Source: Desulfurellaceae bacterium
GTDB taxonomy: Bacteria > Desulfobacterota > Binatia > Bin18
Length of the DNA: 64,000 nucleotides
Direction of reading: 5' to 3'
Assembly: GCA_021296095.1 (NCBI GenBank)
Contig: JAGWBB010000002.1
Location: 21,463-85,462 of the forward strand
Below, one piece after another: positions 22,299-32,849 of this stretch (position 1 is its first letter; every line of letters starts with the position of its first letter). Position numbers and translations under genes: made by a program. Below the pieces are notes generated by a model, which was not told where the DNA came from, did not search any database, and was given only the letters and a program-made list of their open reading frames with translations.

Positions 22299-24017
22299 TC
22301 AAAACAGAAAGTAGCGCTGGGCCAGCGCCAGCACGTTGGCCGGCTCGCAGGTCAGCAGCTGCCCGTCGGCCCGGACCTCATACGTCTCGGGATTGACCTC
22401 GATGTGCGGCAGCGCCCCATTGTGGATCAGGTCTGTTTTGCCCACCTGCCGGCAGTTGTGAACCGGCGCCAGCCGCTTTTGCAATCCGAGCTGCCCGGCC
22501 AGACCGTTGTCATGCGCCGCGCGGGAGACGAAACTGAGCGACAGGCTGGCCGGGGCACGACCAAAATGGCCGAACATCGGCCGACCGAAGACCGGCTGGG
22601 GGGTCGGAATCGAGGCGTTGGGGTCGCCCATCGCCGCCCAGGCAATAAAGCCGCCCTTCAGAATGAGTTCGGGCTTGACGCCGAAAAACTTGGGCTCCCA
22701 CAACACCAGATCAGCCAGCTTGCCGACCTCGATTGAGCCGACGTGGTCGGCAATGCCGTGGGTCAGGGCCGGGTTGATGGTGTACTTGGCCAGGTAGCGC
22801 TTGACCCGAAAATTGTCGTTGTCGCCGCTCTCCTCGGCCAGGCGTCCGCGCTGGACGCGCATTTTATGGGCCGTCTGCCAGGTGCGGAGAATCACCTCCC
22901 CGACCCGGCCCATGGCCTGGGAGTCGGAGGCCATCATGCTGAAGGCACCGAGATCGTGCAGCACGTCCTCGGCCGCAATGGTTTCCGGCCGGATGCGCGA
23001 CTCGGCAAAAGCCACGTCTTCGGGGACGCCGGGGTCGAGGTGGTGGCAGACCATCAGCATGTCGAGGTGTTCGTCAATCGTGTTGACAGTGAACGGCCGG
23101 GTCGGGTTGGTCGAAGACGGCAAGACGTTGGGAAAACCGCATACCTTGATGATGTCCGGGGCGTGGCCACCGCCCGCTCCCTCGGTATGATAGGTATGGA
23201 TCGTGCGGCCCTTGAAGGCCGCAAGCGTGTCCTCGACAAAGCCGGTCTCGTTCAGGGTATCGGTGTGAATGGCAACCTGGACATCATAGGCGTCAGCCAC
23301 CGACAGGGCGCAGTCAATCGCCGCCGGAGTCGAGCCCCAGTCCTCGTGCAGCTTGAGCCCCATCGCTCCGGCCTCAATCTGCTCGCGCAGCGCCTCGGGA
23401 CGCGAGGCGTTGCCCTTACCCAAAAACCCCAGGTTCATGGGAAAGGCTTCGATTGATTCGAGCATCCGGGCGATATTCCACGGTCCGGGGGTGCAGGTGG
23501 TGGCGTTGGTGCCGGTCGCCGGACCGGTCCCGCCGCCGAACATGGTGGTAATGCCGGAGGCCAGGGCTTCGGTGATCTGCTGCGGACAGATAAAGTGAAT
23601 ATGGGCGTCGATCCCGCCCGCAGTCAGGATCTTGCCCTCGCCGGCCAAAATCTCGGTGCCCGGCCCGATGACCAGTTCGGCCGATACGCCGTCCATCAGC
23701 AGCGGGTTGCCGGCCTTGCCGATGCCGCAGATACGGCCGTCTTTGATCCCCACGTCGGCTTTGACAATGCCCCAGTGATCGAGCACCGTGGCGTTGGTAA
23801 TGACCAGGTCGGGCGCGCCCTGAGCCGAGGTCTGGACCGGCGACTGGGCCATGCCGTCCCGAATCACCTTGCCGCCGCCAAACTTGACCTCGTCGCCGTA
23901 GACCGTGTGGTCGTGCTCGATCTCGACCACCAGCTCCGTGTCGGCCAGCCGTAGCCGGTCGCCGACGGTCGGCCCGAACATCTCGGCATACTGCCGGCGC
24001 TCAATCGTGTGACTCAT
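22299..24017 (-). CDS. ureC: Urease alpha subunit
   Basis: 572-aa protein with the canonical UreC N-terminus ([19 protein letters not shown]) and metal-site His residues. Confidence 0.95.
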   Translation of the reverse strand: MSHTIERRQYAEMFGPTVGDRLRLADTELVVEIEHDHTVYGDEVKFGGGKVIRDGMAQSPVQTSAQGAPDLVITNATVLDHWGIVKADVGIKDGRICGIGKAGNPLLMDGVSAELVIGPGTEILAGEGKILTAGGIDAHIHFICPQQITEALASGITTMFGGGTGPATGTNATTCTPGPWNIARMLESIEAFPMNLGFLGKGNASRPEALREQIEAGAMGLKLHEDWGSTPAAIDCALSVADAYDVQVAIHTDTLNETGFVEDTLAAFKGRTIHTYHTEGAGGGHAPDIIKVCGFPNVLPSSTNPTRPFTVNTIDEHLDMLMVCHHLDPGVPEDVAFAESRIRPETIAAEDVLHDLGAFSMMASDSQAMGRVGEVILRTWQTAHKMRVQRGRLAEESGDNDNFRVKRYLAKYTINPALTHGIADHVGSIEVGKLADLVLWEPKFFGVKPELILKGGFIAWAAMGDPNASIPTPQPVFGRPMFGHFGRAPASLSLSFVSRAAHDNGLAGQLGLQKRLAPVHNCRQVGKTDLIHNGALPHIEVNPETYEVRADGQLLTCEPANVLALAQRYFLF

Positions 24018-24026
24018 GCCTGCCTC

Positions 24027-24329
24027 CTAGCGAATCGGCTGATGGACGCTGACCAGCTTGGTGCCGTCCGGGAACGTGGCCTCGACCTGGACCAGATCGA
24101 TCATCTCGGCCACCCCGTCCATGACCTCGGCGCGGCTGAGAATCGTCGCCCCGTAGGACATCAGCTCGGCGACCGACTTGCCGTCGCGCGCGCCTTCGAG
24201 AATCGCGCTGGTAATCAGGGCCATGGCCTCGGGGTAGTTCAGCCTCAGCCCCCGCCCCTGCCGCTCGCGGGCCAGCTGGGCGGCCAGGTAAATCATCAGC
24301 TTTTCCTGTTCGTGGGGGGTAAAGTGCAC
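24027..24329 (-). CDS. ureA: Urease gamma subunit
   Basis: [23 protein letters not shown]... Confidence 0.9.
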   Translation of the reverse strand: MHFTPHEQEKLMIYLAAQLARERQGRGLRLNYPEAMALITSAILEGARDGKSVAELMSYGATILSRAEVMDGVAEMIDLVQVEATFPDGTKLVSVHQPIR

Positions 24330-24403
24330 GGCGCTCCTCCTCGAAGAGGAAACGTGTCAACAGATTCATGTGGTTGGACGACACGTTTCCTCTTTGCTCA
24401 GTG

Positions 24404-25099
24404 CTAGACCGACAAATGCCGGCGGACAATCTCGTCGGTCAGCCCGGCGATGGGTCCCTCGGCGACCACACTGCCCTTTTCCATCACCGCAAAGGCGTCG
24501 GCCACTCGACGGGCAAAGGGCAGCTTCTGCTCAACCAGCAGGATCGTCAGCCCCTGCTCGTGGTTGAGCCGTAACAGAATATCGCCGATCTCCTGAACGA
24601 TATTGGGCTGGATGCCCTCGGTCGGCTCATCCAGAATCAGCAGCTTGGGATCGAGGACCAGGGCACGGCCGATGGCCAGCTGCTGCTGCTGTCCGCCCGA
24701 CAGATCGCCGCCGCGCCGGCCCAGCATCTGTTTCAGGACCGGGAAGAAGTCAAACACCGCGTCTGGAATCGCCCTCCGCCCGTCACGCCGCGCCGGCAGG
24801 CCGATGCGCAGGTTTTCCTCGACGCTCAGCTGGGGAAAGACTTCGCGCCCCTGGGGCACATAGCCGATACCCAGCCGGGCCCGCAGCTCGGCCGGGCGAC
24901 TCGTCAGCTCCAGGTCCTCAAACCGCAGACTGCCCGAGGCGGCCGGCAGGATGCCCATGATCGTCTTCAGCAGGGTGGTCTTGCCCACCCCGTTGCGTCC
25001 CATCAGGCAGGTGCACGAACCGGCCGGAATGGCGAGGCTGACATCCCACAGGATGTGACTCTCGCCGTAGTACTGGTTGAGCTGCTCGATTTGGATCAT
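24404..25099 (-). CDS. urtE: Urea ABC transporter ATP-binding protein UrtE (LivF-like)
   Basis: Walker A GRNGVGKTT and LSGGQQQ signature. Last gene of the urt cluster. Confidence 0.85.
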   Translation of the reverse strand: MIQIEQLNQYYGESHILWDVSLAIPAGSCTCLMGRNGVGKTTLLKTIMGILPAASGSLRFEDLELTSRPAELRARLGIGYVPQGREVFPQLSVEENLRIGLPARRDGRRAIPDAVFDFFPVLKQMLGRRGGDLSGGQQQQLAIGRALVLDPKLLILDEPTEGIQPNIVQEIGDILLRLNHEQGLTILLVEQKLPFARRVADAFAVMEKGSVVAEGPIAGLTDEIVRRHLSV

Positions 25100-25130
25100 C
25101 GCTGTCCACGCCTCTGCGGAACCGTTCCGG

Positions 25131-26003
25131 CTAGGCTCCCAGATACACCTCGACCACCCGAGGGTCGTTCTGCACCTCGGCCATACTGCCCTCGGCCAAG
25201 ACCCGTCCCTCGTGCAAGACCGTCACTTGCCGGGCCAGGCTGCGCACGAACTCCATGTCGTGCTCGACCACCACGACCGTATGCTGGCCGGCCAGCGAGA
25301 CCAGCAGTTCGGCCGTCCGCTCGGTCTCGTGCTGGCTCAGGCCGGCGACCGGCTCATCAACCAGCAGCAGCTGGGGGTCCTGGATCAGCAGCATACCCAG
25401 CTCCAGCCACTGCTTTTGTCCGTGGGACAGCAGGCCGGCCCGGGTGTGGAGGTGGTCGAGCAGGCCGATGGTCTCGGCAGTGGCGCCGATGCGGTCGTGC
25501 TGCTCGCCGCTCAGACGGGCCACCAGGCTGTGCCACACCGTCTTGGTCGCCTGCATGGCCAGCTCCAGGTTCTCGAACACGCTGTGGCCCTGAAACACGG
25601 TCGGTCCCTGGAACTTGCGGCCGATGCCGGCCAGGGCGATCTCGTACTCTGACAGCTGGGTCAGATCCAGGTTGTTGCCGAAAAATACCCGCCCGCTGTC
25701 GGGTCGGGTCCGGCCGGTGACGACATCCATCAGGGTCGTTTTGCCGGCTCCGTTGGGGCCGATCACACACCGCAGCTCGCCGGTGTTGAGATACAGACTG
25801 ATCCCGTCCAGGGCCTTAAAGCCGTCAAAGCTGACGGTCAGGTCTTCGATATACAGGCTCACCCCGTGGCTGGTGTCGATCACGCCCGGCCGGGCGACAT
25901 GGGCCAGCACCGGGCTGCCGCCCTGATCGCGATCAGTCGTCTCGTCTTTGGGCTCCATGCCAGGCTCCAGACTAGGGCCGCGCGGTGCGCTCGGCCGGAC
26001 CAA
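25131..26003 (-). CDS. urtD: Urea ABC transporter ATP-binding protein UrtD (LivG-like)
   Basis: Walker A GPNGAGKTT. N-terminal extension typical of UrtD. Start uncertain (25958 or 26003). Confidence 0.8.
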   Translation of the reverse strand: MVRPSAPRGPSLEPGMEPKDETTDRDQGGSPVLAHVARPGVIDTSHGVSLYIEDLTVSFDGFKALDGISLYLNTGELRCVIGPNGAGKTTLMDVVTGRTRPDSGRVFFGNNLDLTQLSEYEIALAGIGRKFQGPTVFQGHSVFENLELAMQATKTVWHSLVARLSGEQHDRIGATAETIGLLDHLHTRAGLLSHGQKQWLELGMLLIQDPQLLLVDEPVAGLSQHETERTAELLVSLAGQHTVVVVEHDMEFVRSLARQVTVLHEGRVLAEGSMAEVQNDPRVVEVYLGA

Positions 26004-27168
26004 ACAGGCCGATCACCCCGCGCGGCAGAAACAGGGTCACGGCGATGAACAGACCGCCCAGGATGTACAGCCACAGGTCGGGAAAGGCGGCCGTACACCA
26101 GCTCTTGGCCCCGTTAATCAGAAATGCGCCCAGCAGCGCGCCCGACAGGCTGCCGCGGCCGCCGACCGCCACCCAGATTGCCATCTCAATCGAGTTGGAC
26201 GGCTGCATCTCGCTAGGGTTGATAATACCGACCTGAGGCACGTACAAGGCCCCGGCCAGGCCGCACAGGACGGCCGACAGGGTCCATAAAAACAGCTTGT
26301 AGCTGTACGGGTTGTAGCCGCAGAACATCAGGCGGCTCTCGGCGTCACGGACCGCCGTCAAGACCCGGCCGAGCTTGGACCGCACCAGATAGCGGCAGCC
26401 CAGGTAGGCCGCCACCAGGACGGCTGCGGACACCATATACAGCCCGAGCTTGGTCGATTGGGCCTGGAGCGAAAAGCCCACGATGCGCTTGAAGTCGGTC
26501 AGTCCGTTGTTGCCGCCAAAGCCGGTATCGTTGCGAAAAAAGAGCAGCATCAGGGCGTAGGTCATGGCCTGGGTGATGATGGAGAAATACACCCCGCGGA
26601 TGCGCGAGCGAAAGGCAAAAAAGCCGAATATATAGGCCAACAGGCCGGGAATCAGCAGGGCCATGAACAGGGCGAAGCCGAAGCTGCTGAAGCCGTACCA
26701 GTACCACGGCAGCTCCTTCCAATCCAGAAAGACCATGAAGTCGGGCAGCTCGCTGCGATAAACGCCCTCGGTGCCGATGGCCCGCATCAGATACATGCCC
26801 ATGGCGTAGCCGCCCAGGGCAAAGAACACGCCGTGGCCCAGGCTGAGAATACCGGCGTAGCCCCAGATCAGATCGACCGCCAGGGCGACCAGGGCGTAGC
26901 ACATGAACTTGCCGAGCAGGGGGATGAGGTAGTCGGGCAGGTGGAAAGCCGATTCGGCCGGCAACAGGTTCAGGACCGGAACGACGACCAGGGCCAGCAG
27001 CAGCGCCGCCAGGACCAGGCTCCAGCCGCCCCGGGTGTGCAGCCCGAGCAGGCCCGTAGCCGGCAACGGCAGCTCATCCAGCCTCTCTGCGAGCGGCTCG
27101 GCTGGGGTCTTGGTCAGGGAAACAACGGCCACGGGACTAGCCTTCTGCAATCCGGCCCTTGAGCGCAA
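25972..27168 (-). CDS. urtC: Urea ABC transporter permease UrtC (LivM-like)
   Basis: Polytopic membrane protein between urtB and urtD. Confidence 0.8.
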   Translation of the reverse strand: MRSRAGLQKASPVAVVSLTKTPAEPLAERLDELPLPATGLLGLHTRGGWSLVLAALLLALVVVPVLNLLPAESAFHLPDYLIPLLGKFMCYALVALAVDLIWGYAGILSLGHGVFFALGGYAMGMYLMRAIGTEGVYRSELPDFMVFLDWKELPWYWYGFSSFGFALFMALLIPGLLAYIFGFFAFRSRIRGVYFSIITQAMTYALMLLFFRNDTGFGGNNGLTDFKRIVGFSLQAQSTKLGLYMVSAAVLVAAYLGCRYLVRSKLGRVLTAVRDAESRLMFCGYNPYSYKLFLWTLSAVLCGLAGALYVPQVGIINPSEMQPSNSIEMAIWVAVGGRGSLSGALLGAFLINGAKSWCTAAFPDLWLYILGGLFIAVTLFLPRGVIGLFGPAERTARP

Positions 27169-28765
27169 ACAACCCCTGGGGACGCTGCTGGATGAACAGC
27201 ACGACGAAAATCAGCACGCCAATCTTGCCCAGTACGGCGCCGGCGACGGGTTCGAGGAACTTGTTGACCAGGCCCAGGCTCAGCGCCCCGACCACAGTCC
27301 CGGCAATATTGCCCACCCCACCCAGGACAACGACCATGAACGAATCGACAATATACAGGCGGCCCAGCTCGGGACCGACATTGCCGATCTGCGACAGGGC
27401 CACCCCGCCCAGGCCGGCAATACCCGACCCCAGGCCAAAGGTCCACATATCGACCCGGGCGACCGAAATGCCCATGCACGAAGCGATGGGCCGGTTCTGG
27501 GTCACCGCCCGGACCTGGAGACCCAGGCGGGTGCGCTGGAGGATGAGCCACACCGCACCGACCACCAGGGCCACGAAGACGAGGATGGCCAGCCGACTGT
27601 AGGGCAGGACGATGCCGTACAACACCTCGGTGCCGCCCGACAGCCAGGCCGGGTTGGCGACCTGGACATTCTGGGCGCCAAACAGGACACGCACGCTCTG
27701 AATCAGCACCAGGCTGATGCCCCAGGTAGCCAGCAGGGTCTCCAGCGGACGGCCGTACAAGAAACGGATGACGCCGCGCTCCAGGATCATGCCGGCCACC
27801 AGACACACGCCAAAGGCGGCCGGCACGGCCACCACCAGATACCAGTCAAACAGGGCCGGGAAGCGCTCCTGGAATATACCCTGGACCACATAGGTGGCGT
27901 AGGCGCCCAGCATCAGCATCTCGCCGTGGGCCATATTGATCACGCCCATCAGACCGAAGGTAATCCCCAGGCCGAGGGCGGCCAGCAGCAGGACGCTGCC
28001 CAGGCTGAAGCCGTAGAACAGGTTGCCGAAGCCATTAGTCAGAAGCTGGCGGCGCTCAAAACTGGTCAGGACCGTTTGCGCGGCCTGGCGCACCGCCGCG
28101 TCGGGCTCGACAAACGCACCGTCCTGGTCGGTCTCCAGCAGGGCTTCGAGCTGAGGTCTGAGGCCCAGATTCCCGGACTCGCCAATCATCCCAATCGCGG
28201 CCAGACGCTCGGCCCGGTCCTGGCTCTGGAGCTGGAGCTGGGCCAGGGCAACGGCCAGCGCCGTACGCACGTCCGGCGCCTGCTCACGCTCCAGGGCGGC
28301 CTGCAAGGGGCCGACTATCTCGGCCTGCGGCCGCCTGACCAGCTCTTCGGCCGCAGCCAGACGAACCTCGGCCTGCGGAGAGCCCAGCCGCAGCTGGGCG
28401 ATCACCGGCCGCAGGGCGCGGCGAATGGCGTTATTGATCCGGGGCGTGCGCAGACGCGCGGGGTCGAGGCCGACCGGCTCGCCGCTCAGCGCGGCCCGTA
28501 GCCCGTCCTCGTGGCTGATGTAGACATGACCCGCCTCATCGACCCGCAGACGCCGCTCGCCCAGGGCTTCCAGGGCCGGCAGGGCGGCCGGGTCGTTGAG
28601 CCGACCCAGCTCGCCGATGGCCTGTCTGATGTGACTGCGGCTTTTTGCCCCCAGTCCCTTGAGCAGCTCGACCAGCTCGGTGTCGGCCGCCTGGCCGGAG
28701 CTGACAAAGAGAGGGCTGAGCATCACCACGACGCTCAGCCGCAAGAGAAAAGACCAGACCGTCAT
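27137..28765 (-). CDS. urtB: Urea ABC transporter permease UrtB (LivH-like) with an N-terminal ~240-aa periplasmic helical-repeat extension
   Basis: Signal peptide MTVWSFLLRLSVVVMLSPLFVSSGQA, then an Ala/Leu-rich repeat domain, then the LivH-like permease. The ORF could extend to 28951. Confidence 0.75.
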   Translation of the reverse strand: MTVWSFLLRLSVVVMLSPLFVSSGQAADTELVELLKGLGAKSRSHIRQAIGELGRLNDPAALPALEALGERRLRVDEAGHVYISHEDGLRAALSGEPVGLDPARLRTPRINNAIRRALRPVIAQLRLGSPQAEVRLAAAEELVRRPQAEIVGPLQAALEREQAPDVRTALAVALAQLQLQSQDRAERLAAIGMIGESGNLGLRPQLEALLETDQDGAFVEPDAAVRQAAQTVLTSFERRQLLTNGFGNLFYGFSLGSVLLLAALGLGITFGLMGVINMAHGEMLMLGAYATYVVQGIFQERFPALFDWYLVVAVPAAFGVCLVAGMILERGVIRFLYGRPLETLLATWGISLVLIQSVRVLFGAQNVQVANPAWLSGGTEVLYGIVLPYSRLAILVFVALVVGAVWLILQRTRLGLQVRAVTQNRPIASCMGISVARVDMWTFGLGSGIAGLGGVALSQIGNVGPELGRLYIVDSFMVVVLGGVGNIAGTVVGALSLGLVNKFLEPVAGAVLGKIGVLIFVVLFIQQRPQGLFALKGRIAEG

Positions 28766-28817
28766 ACGCGTTCCGCAGCCGGCGGGCCGAGCCGCCTCAA
28801 CGGCTCGGCCGCCGTGC

Positions 28818-30128
28818 TCAGTGCTTGAACTGCGGCGCGGTGCAGTTGCCACACACCCACGGATAGGTCCAGTCGGCGACCTTCTCGGCGCTGTCGGGAA
28901 TGAACGGGCTCCAGGCCTGAGCCCGGATCGGTCCGTCGGTATTCCACACAATATCGAACTGGCCGTCCTCGCGGACTTCGCCGATCAGCACCGGCTTGTG
29001 CAGGTGGTGGTTCTTAGCGTCCATGGTGATGTCAAAACCCGACGGGGAGCGGACGACCTGGCTGCCAACCGCCTGACGCACCGCGTCAACCTCGGTGGTT
29101 TTGGCCTGTTCGACCGCCTGGGCCCACATCTTGACACCGATATAGGTGGCTTCCATGGGATCGTTGGTCACCCGCTTGTCGCCACCCGGCAGGCCATGCT
29201 TTTTGACGTACGCGTCCCACTTGGCGACAAAGGCTGTGTTCTCGGGCGTCTCGACCGACATGAAGTAGTTCCAGGCCGCCAGATGCCCGACCAGGGGTTC
29301 GGTATCAATCCCCCGCAATTCTTCCTCGCCGACCGAGAAGGCCACGACCGGAATATCCTCAGCCTTCAGGCCCTGGTTGGCCAGCTCTTTATAGAACGGC
29401 ACGTTGGAGTCGCCGTTGATGGTAGACACCACGGCCGTCGGCTTGCCGACCGCAAAGCGCTTGATATCGGCCACAATGGTCTGGTAGTCGCTGTGCCCGA
29501 ACGGCGTGTACAGCTCCATGATGTCGGCTTTGGCCACCCCTTTGGATTCCAGAAAGTAGTTCAGGATCTTGTTGGTGGTGCGTGGGTAGACATAGTCGGT
29601 GCCCAGCAGCACAAAGCGCTCGGCGCCGCCGCCGTCTTCGCTCATCAGGTATTCAACGGCCGGAATCGCCTGCTGGTTGGGCGCCGCACCGGTGTAGAAA
29701 ACGTTGAACGAAGACTCCTCGCCCTCGTACTGGACCGGATAGAACAGCAGGCCGTTCAGCTCTTCAAAGACCGGCAGGACCGACTTGCGGGACACCGAGG
29801 TCCAGCAGCCGAACACCACCGCGACCTTGTCCTGCTGGATCAACTCGCGCGCCTTTTCGGCGAACAGCGGCCAGTCCGAGGCCGGGTCAACCACAATCGG
29901 TTCGATCTGACGGCCGAGCACGCCGCCGTTTTCGTTCAGCTCCTCAATCGCCATCAGGGCGACATCCTTGAGCGAGGTTTCGCTGATGGCCATGGTGCCG
30001 CTCAGCGAGTGCAAAATACCGACCTTGATCGGGTCTGCGGCCCAGCCGGCACGCGCCCCGGTCAGCGACGCGACGAGCAGGCCGGCGAGCAGCAGCCCGG
30101 TTTGCCATCCTCTCAACTTCCTTTTCAT
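28818..30128 (-). CDS. urtA: Urea ABC transporter substrate-binding protein UrtA
   Basis: Signal peptide plus the UrtA-like motif KVGILHSLSGTMAISE. Confidence 0.9.
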   Translation of the reverse strand: MKRKLRGWQTGLLLAGLLVASLTGARAGWAADPIKVGILHSLSGTMAISETSLKDVALMAIEELNENGGVLGRQIEPIVVDPASDWPLFAEKARELIQQDKVAVVFGCWTSVSRKSVLPVFEELNGLLFYPVQYEGEESSFNVFYTGAAPNQQAIPAVEYLMSEDGGGAERFVLLGTDYVYPRTTNKILNYFLESKGVAKADIMELYTPFGHSDYQTIVADIKRFAVGKPTAVVSTINGDSNVPFYKELANQGLKAEDIPVVAFSVGEEELRGIDTEPLVGHLAAWNYFMSVETPENTAFVAKWDAYVKKHGLPGGDKRVTNDPMEATYIGVKMWAQAVEQAKTTEVDAVRQAVGSQVVRSPSGFDITMDAKNHHLHKPVLIGEVREDGQFDIVWNTDGPIRAQAWSPFIPDSAEKVADWTYPWVCGNCTAPQFKH

Positions 30129-30155
30129 ACGCAGGACCTCCTTACGTGTGGGTTG

Positions 30156-31484
30156 CTAAAAGAGAATCTGGGTCTGGATCCGAAACCGATTATCGCCCGT
30201 GCTGGTTCTGCTCGGGTCAAACGGATCGCCGTCCAGAAAGCTGTAGTCCAGCTGAAGTTTCACGGCGTGGCCGTACAGGTAGTAGTTGAGGCCGGCCGTG
30301 TACTCGCGCACATCGCCCCGGGTCCGGGGGTTGGAGCGATTGGCATTGTTGTCGAAGTGGAAATCGACGCCCGAGACCCGCCCGGCGAGTTCCAGGCGCT
30401 CGGTCAGGTAATAGCCGAGCTGGCCGTAATAGCCCCAGTCGTGACCGACTTCGCGGCCGATCTGGGCGGCGTTCTGGAAGTTGTTGCGCCGGTAGTAGCC
30501 GGCGGCCTGGACGCTCAGGCCCAGGTAGCGAAAACCGCCGTCAAGGGTCACGTTGGTCGTCCGGTCGCCGGGCCTGACGTTCTGGAAGCCGGAGGCGTCG
30601 TCAACCGGGTTGAAGGCGGCGGCCACGCCCAGCGACAGCTGCGGGGCGGCGGCCGGCGTGGGCGAGCTTTCCAGGTAGCCGTAGGGTTCGAGCAGGTCGT
30701 ACTCCAGGCGGCCCTGCCAGGCGACCTCAGAGCCCACGTTCTGCTGCCCGCCGGCATCCAGGGCGCGGATGCTGTTGGTGACCACCGCGTGGTAGGACAG
30801 CTTGCCGAGACTGCCGCTCAGATTGGCCCCAACCGCGCGCTGGAGGTTGAAGGCATAGTCGGCCTCGGACAGGTCGGAGAACAACAGATTGCCCGGATGG
30901 GTGTAGAACTGTCTGCTGTAGGGCAGGATAAAGCGCCCGGCCTGGACCTTGGCGGAGTCTGAAAAGCTGTACTGCATCCACCAGTCGAGCATGGTCTGGC
31001 GGTTGTTGTTGCCGAAGGTGGTCCCTTCAAACTGGAAGAAGTAGGACACCTTGGGGTCAAACACCGTGCCCGAAAAGGCCAGACGGGCCAGGGCCACGTC
31101 GAAATTGTTGCGGCTGCGGCCCTGTTCCGGGGCCAGAAACGTGTAGCGGCTCTGGACGAAGCCGTTCACGTTGAGCGAATAGCTGTTGTCTTTGCTGCGG
31201 ACGTAGAAGCCGCCGTCGTACACATCGCCGGCCTCCAGGCCGTCGCGGCGCAGCGCCTCGGGTTGGCTATAGCCGTACTCGATCTCTTTTTCGCTTCGCG
31301 TCTGCTCTTTGCCCTCAAGCTCAAGCAGCCGTTTTTCCATCAACTCCATGACCCGACGCTGCTCGGCCAGCTGCTGGCGCAACTCACCAATCTCGTCGGC
31401 CGCTACCCGGCCTGGGGTCCCACCCAGCGCGCCACAGGCGCAACAGACTCCGACAATCAGAGTCTTCCATGTGTGTGTTTGCAT
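30156..31484 (-). CDS. Outer-membrane porin (phosphate-selective porin O/P-like beta-barrel) heading the urt operon; candidate urea/short-amide porin
   Basis: Signal peptide, coiled-coil leader, beta-strand periodicity and a C-terminal F. Confidence 0.65.
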   Translation of the reverse strand: MQTHTWKTLIVGVCCACGALGGTPGRVAADEIGELRQQLAEQRRVMELMEKRLLELEGKEQTRSEKEIEYGYSQPEALRRDGLEAGDVYDGGFYVRSKDNSYSLNVNGFVQSRYTFLAPEQGRSRNNFDVALARLAFSGTVFDPKVSYFFQFEGTTFGNNNRQTMLDWWMQYSFSDSAKVQAGRFILPYSRQFYTHPGNLLFSDLSEADYAFNLQRAVGANLSGSLGKLSYHAVVTNSIRALDAGGQQNVGSEVAWQGRLEYDLLEPYGYLESSPTPAAAPQLSLGVAAAFNPVDDASGFQNVRPGDRTTNVTLDGGFRYLGLSVQAAGYYRRNNFQNAAQIGREVGHDWGYYGQLGYYLTERLELAGRVSGVDFHFDNNANRSNPRTRGDVREYTAGLNYYLYGHAVKLQLDYSFLDGDPFDPSRTSTGDNRFRIQTQILF

Positions 31485-31538
31485 AAATCCCTTCCCTTTC
31501 CGATCGTGACACGAAGCGCTTCAGGCCAGTCGAATAGA

Positions 31539-31553
31539 GCAAAAAGCGGGCCA
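31539..31553 (-). promoter_or_regulatory. Sigma-54-type promoter for porin-urtABCDE-ureAC (minus strand TGGCCC-N5-TTGC)
   Basis: Plus strand reads GCAAAAAGCGGGCCA, the reverse complement of the -24/-12 consensus with correct spacing. About 55 nt upstream of the porin start. Confidence 0.5.
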
Positions 31554-31784
31554 TATCCTGGCAGGTCAGGGCGACGGGGAGCGCGCAACGCTTGACGGCA
31601 GGAGGTCGCATGGCAAAAATACGTGCAGTGAGTAGGGTTACGGGGCCAGGCGGGCAGACGGCTCCTGGCCCGGCGGGCGGGTCGGCGACGGGCCGGCTGC
31701 CCAGGCTTTGGGCATGACATGCTTACTTTGTGGGCATCTTTTCTCCTGGGCCGGGAAAAAGCCCTCCCCCACCGGCCGTCAAAC

Positions 31785-31799
31785 TGGCAAGCTTCTTGC
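31785..31799 (+). promoter_or_regulatory. Sigma-54 promoter TGGCAA-N5-TTGC for ureBGDEF
   Basis: Near-perfect match to the TGGCAC-N5-TTGC consensus, 38 nt upstream of the ureB ATG. Confidence 0.6.
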
Positions 31800-31836
31800 G
31801 CACTTCGACAGCACGACCTAATCAAGAGAGGAAAAC

Positions 31837-32238
31837 ATGGCATCCCAGACACCCACGCCTATCCCCGGCGAGATTCTGCCGGCCACAGGCACGCTCAGCC
31901 TCAACGCCGACCGGCCGAGCCACTCCCTGACCGTGCTGAATAGCGGCGACCGGCCCATTCAGGTTGGCTCGCACTACCATTTCTTTGAGGTCAATCGGGC
32001 GCTGCGCTTCGACCGCGCGGCCGCCTTTGGCCTGCATCTGGACATTCCGGCCGGCACTGCGGTGCGCTTCGAGCCCGGAGCAGAGAAACAGGTCAGCCTC
32101 GTGCCGTTCGGCGGCCAGCGCATCGTGCTGGGTCTGAACAGCCTGACCGAGGGCAGTACGACGGACGCCGAGGTTCGCCGGCAGGCGCTGCGGACCGCCC
32201 GGGAACGCGGCTTTGTGGAGCCCGAGGAGACGCCCTGA
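31837..32238 (+). CDS. ureB: Urease beta subunit
   Basis: IPGEI...LNADRP...[11 protein letters not shown]. Confidence 0.9.
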   Translation: MASQTPTPIPGEILPATGTLSLNADRPSHSLTVLNSGDRPIQVGSHYHFFEVNRALRFDRAAAFGLHLDIPAGTAVRFEPGAEKQVSLVPFGGQRIVLGLNSLTEGSTTDAEVRRQALRTARERGFVEPEETP

Positions 32239-32849
32239 TGCCCGTCGAGGTGCCCCGTCTGGGCATTGGCGGCCCGGTCGGCTCGGGCAAGACGGCGCTG
32301 ATCGAGCGGCTCGTGCCCCGGCTGCAGGACAGCGGCAAACGGGTCGCGGTGGTGACCAACGATATCCTGACCGAAGAAGACGCCCGGCGTTTGCGCAGCC
32401 GAGGGTTCCTGGCCCCGGAACGGATCGTCGGAGTGGAGACCGGGGCGTGCCCGCATACGGTGATCCGGGAAGATCCGACCATGAACCTGGAGGCTGTCCG
32501 CCAGCTGGAAGTCCGCTTTCCCGACCTCGACCTCATCCTGCTGGAGAGCGGCGGGGATAATCTGGCCTCGACCTACTCACCGGAGCTGGCCGATGCGTTC
32601 ATTTTTGTGATTGATGTGGCCGGCGGCGACGATATCCCCCGCAAGCAGGGCCCGGGCATCACCCGCTCCGACCTGCTGGTCATCAATAAAGTCGATCTCG
32701 CCCCGTATGTGGGCGCCAGCCTTGAGGTCATGGCTGAGGACGCCCGGCGTGTACGCGGCCAGCGCCCGGTCGTGTTCACCAACTGCAAAACCGGCCAGGG
32801 CATCGGCGAGGTAGGGGCGTGGATACAGCGCGAGCTGCTGTTCGGCTAG
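32238..32849 (+). CDS. ureG: Urease accessory GTPase UreG
   Basis: P-loop GPVGSGKT and ESGGDNL motifs. Confidence 0.9.
   Translation: MPVEVPRLGIGGPVGSGKTALIERLVPRLQDSGKRVAVVTNDILTEEDARRLRSRGFLAPERIVGVETGACPHTVIREDPTMNLEAVRQLEVRFPDLDLILLESGGDNLASTYSPELADAFIFVIDVAGGDDIPRKQGPGITRSDLLVINKVDLAPYVGASLEVMAEDARRVRGQRPVVFTNCKTGQGIGEVGAWIQRELLFG

Noticed and set aside
26458-28501. Plus-strand ORFs of 234 and 488 aa
   Set aside because: Antisense to the urtC and urtB permease genes. Gln/Gly/His-rich low complexity.
28659-30962. 767-aa ORF on the plus strand
   Set aside because: It lies entirely antisense to urtA and the urea porin. The translation is Gly/Arg/Ala-rich low-complexity, typical of out-of-frame high-GC DNA.
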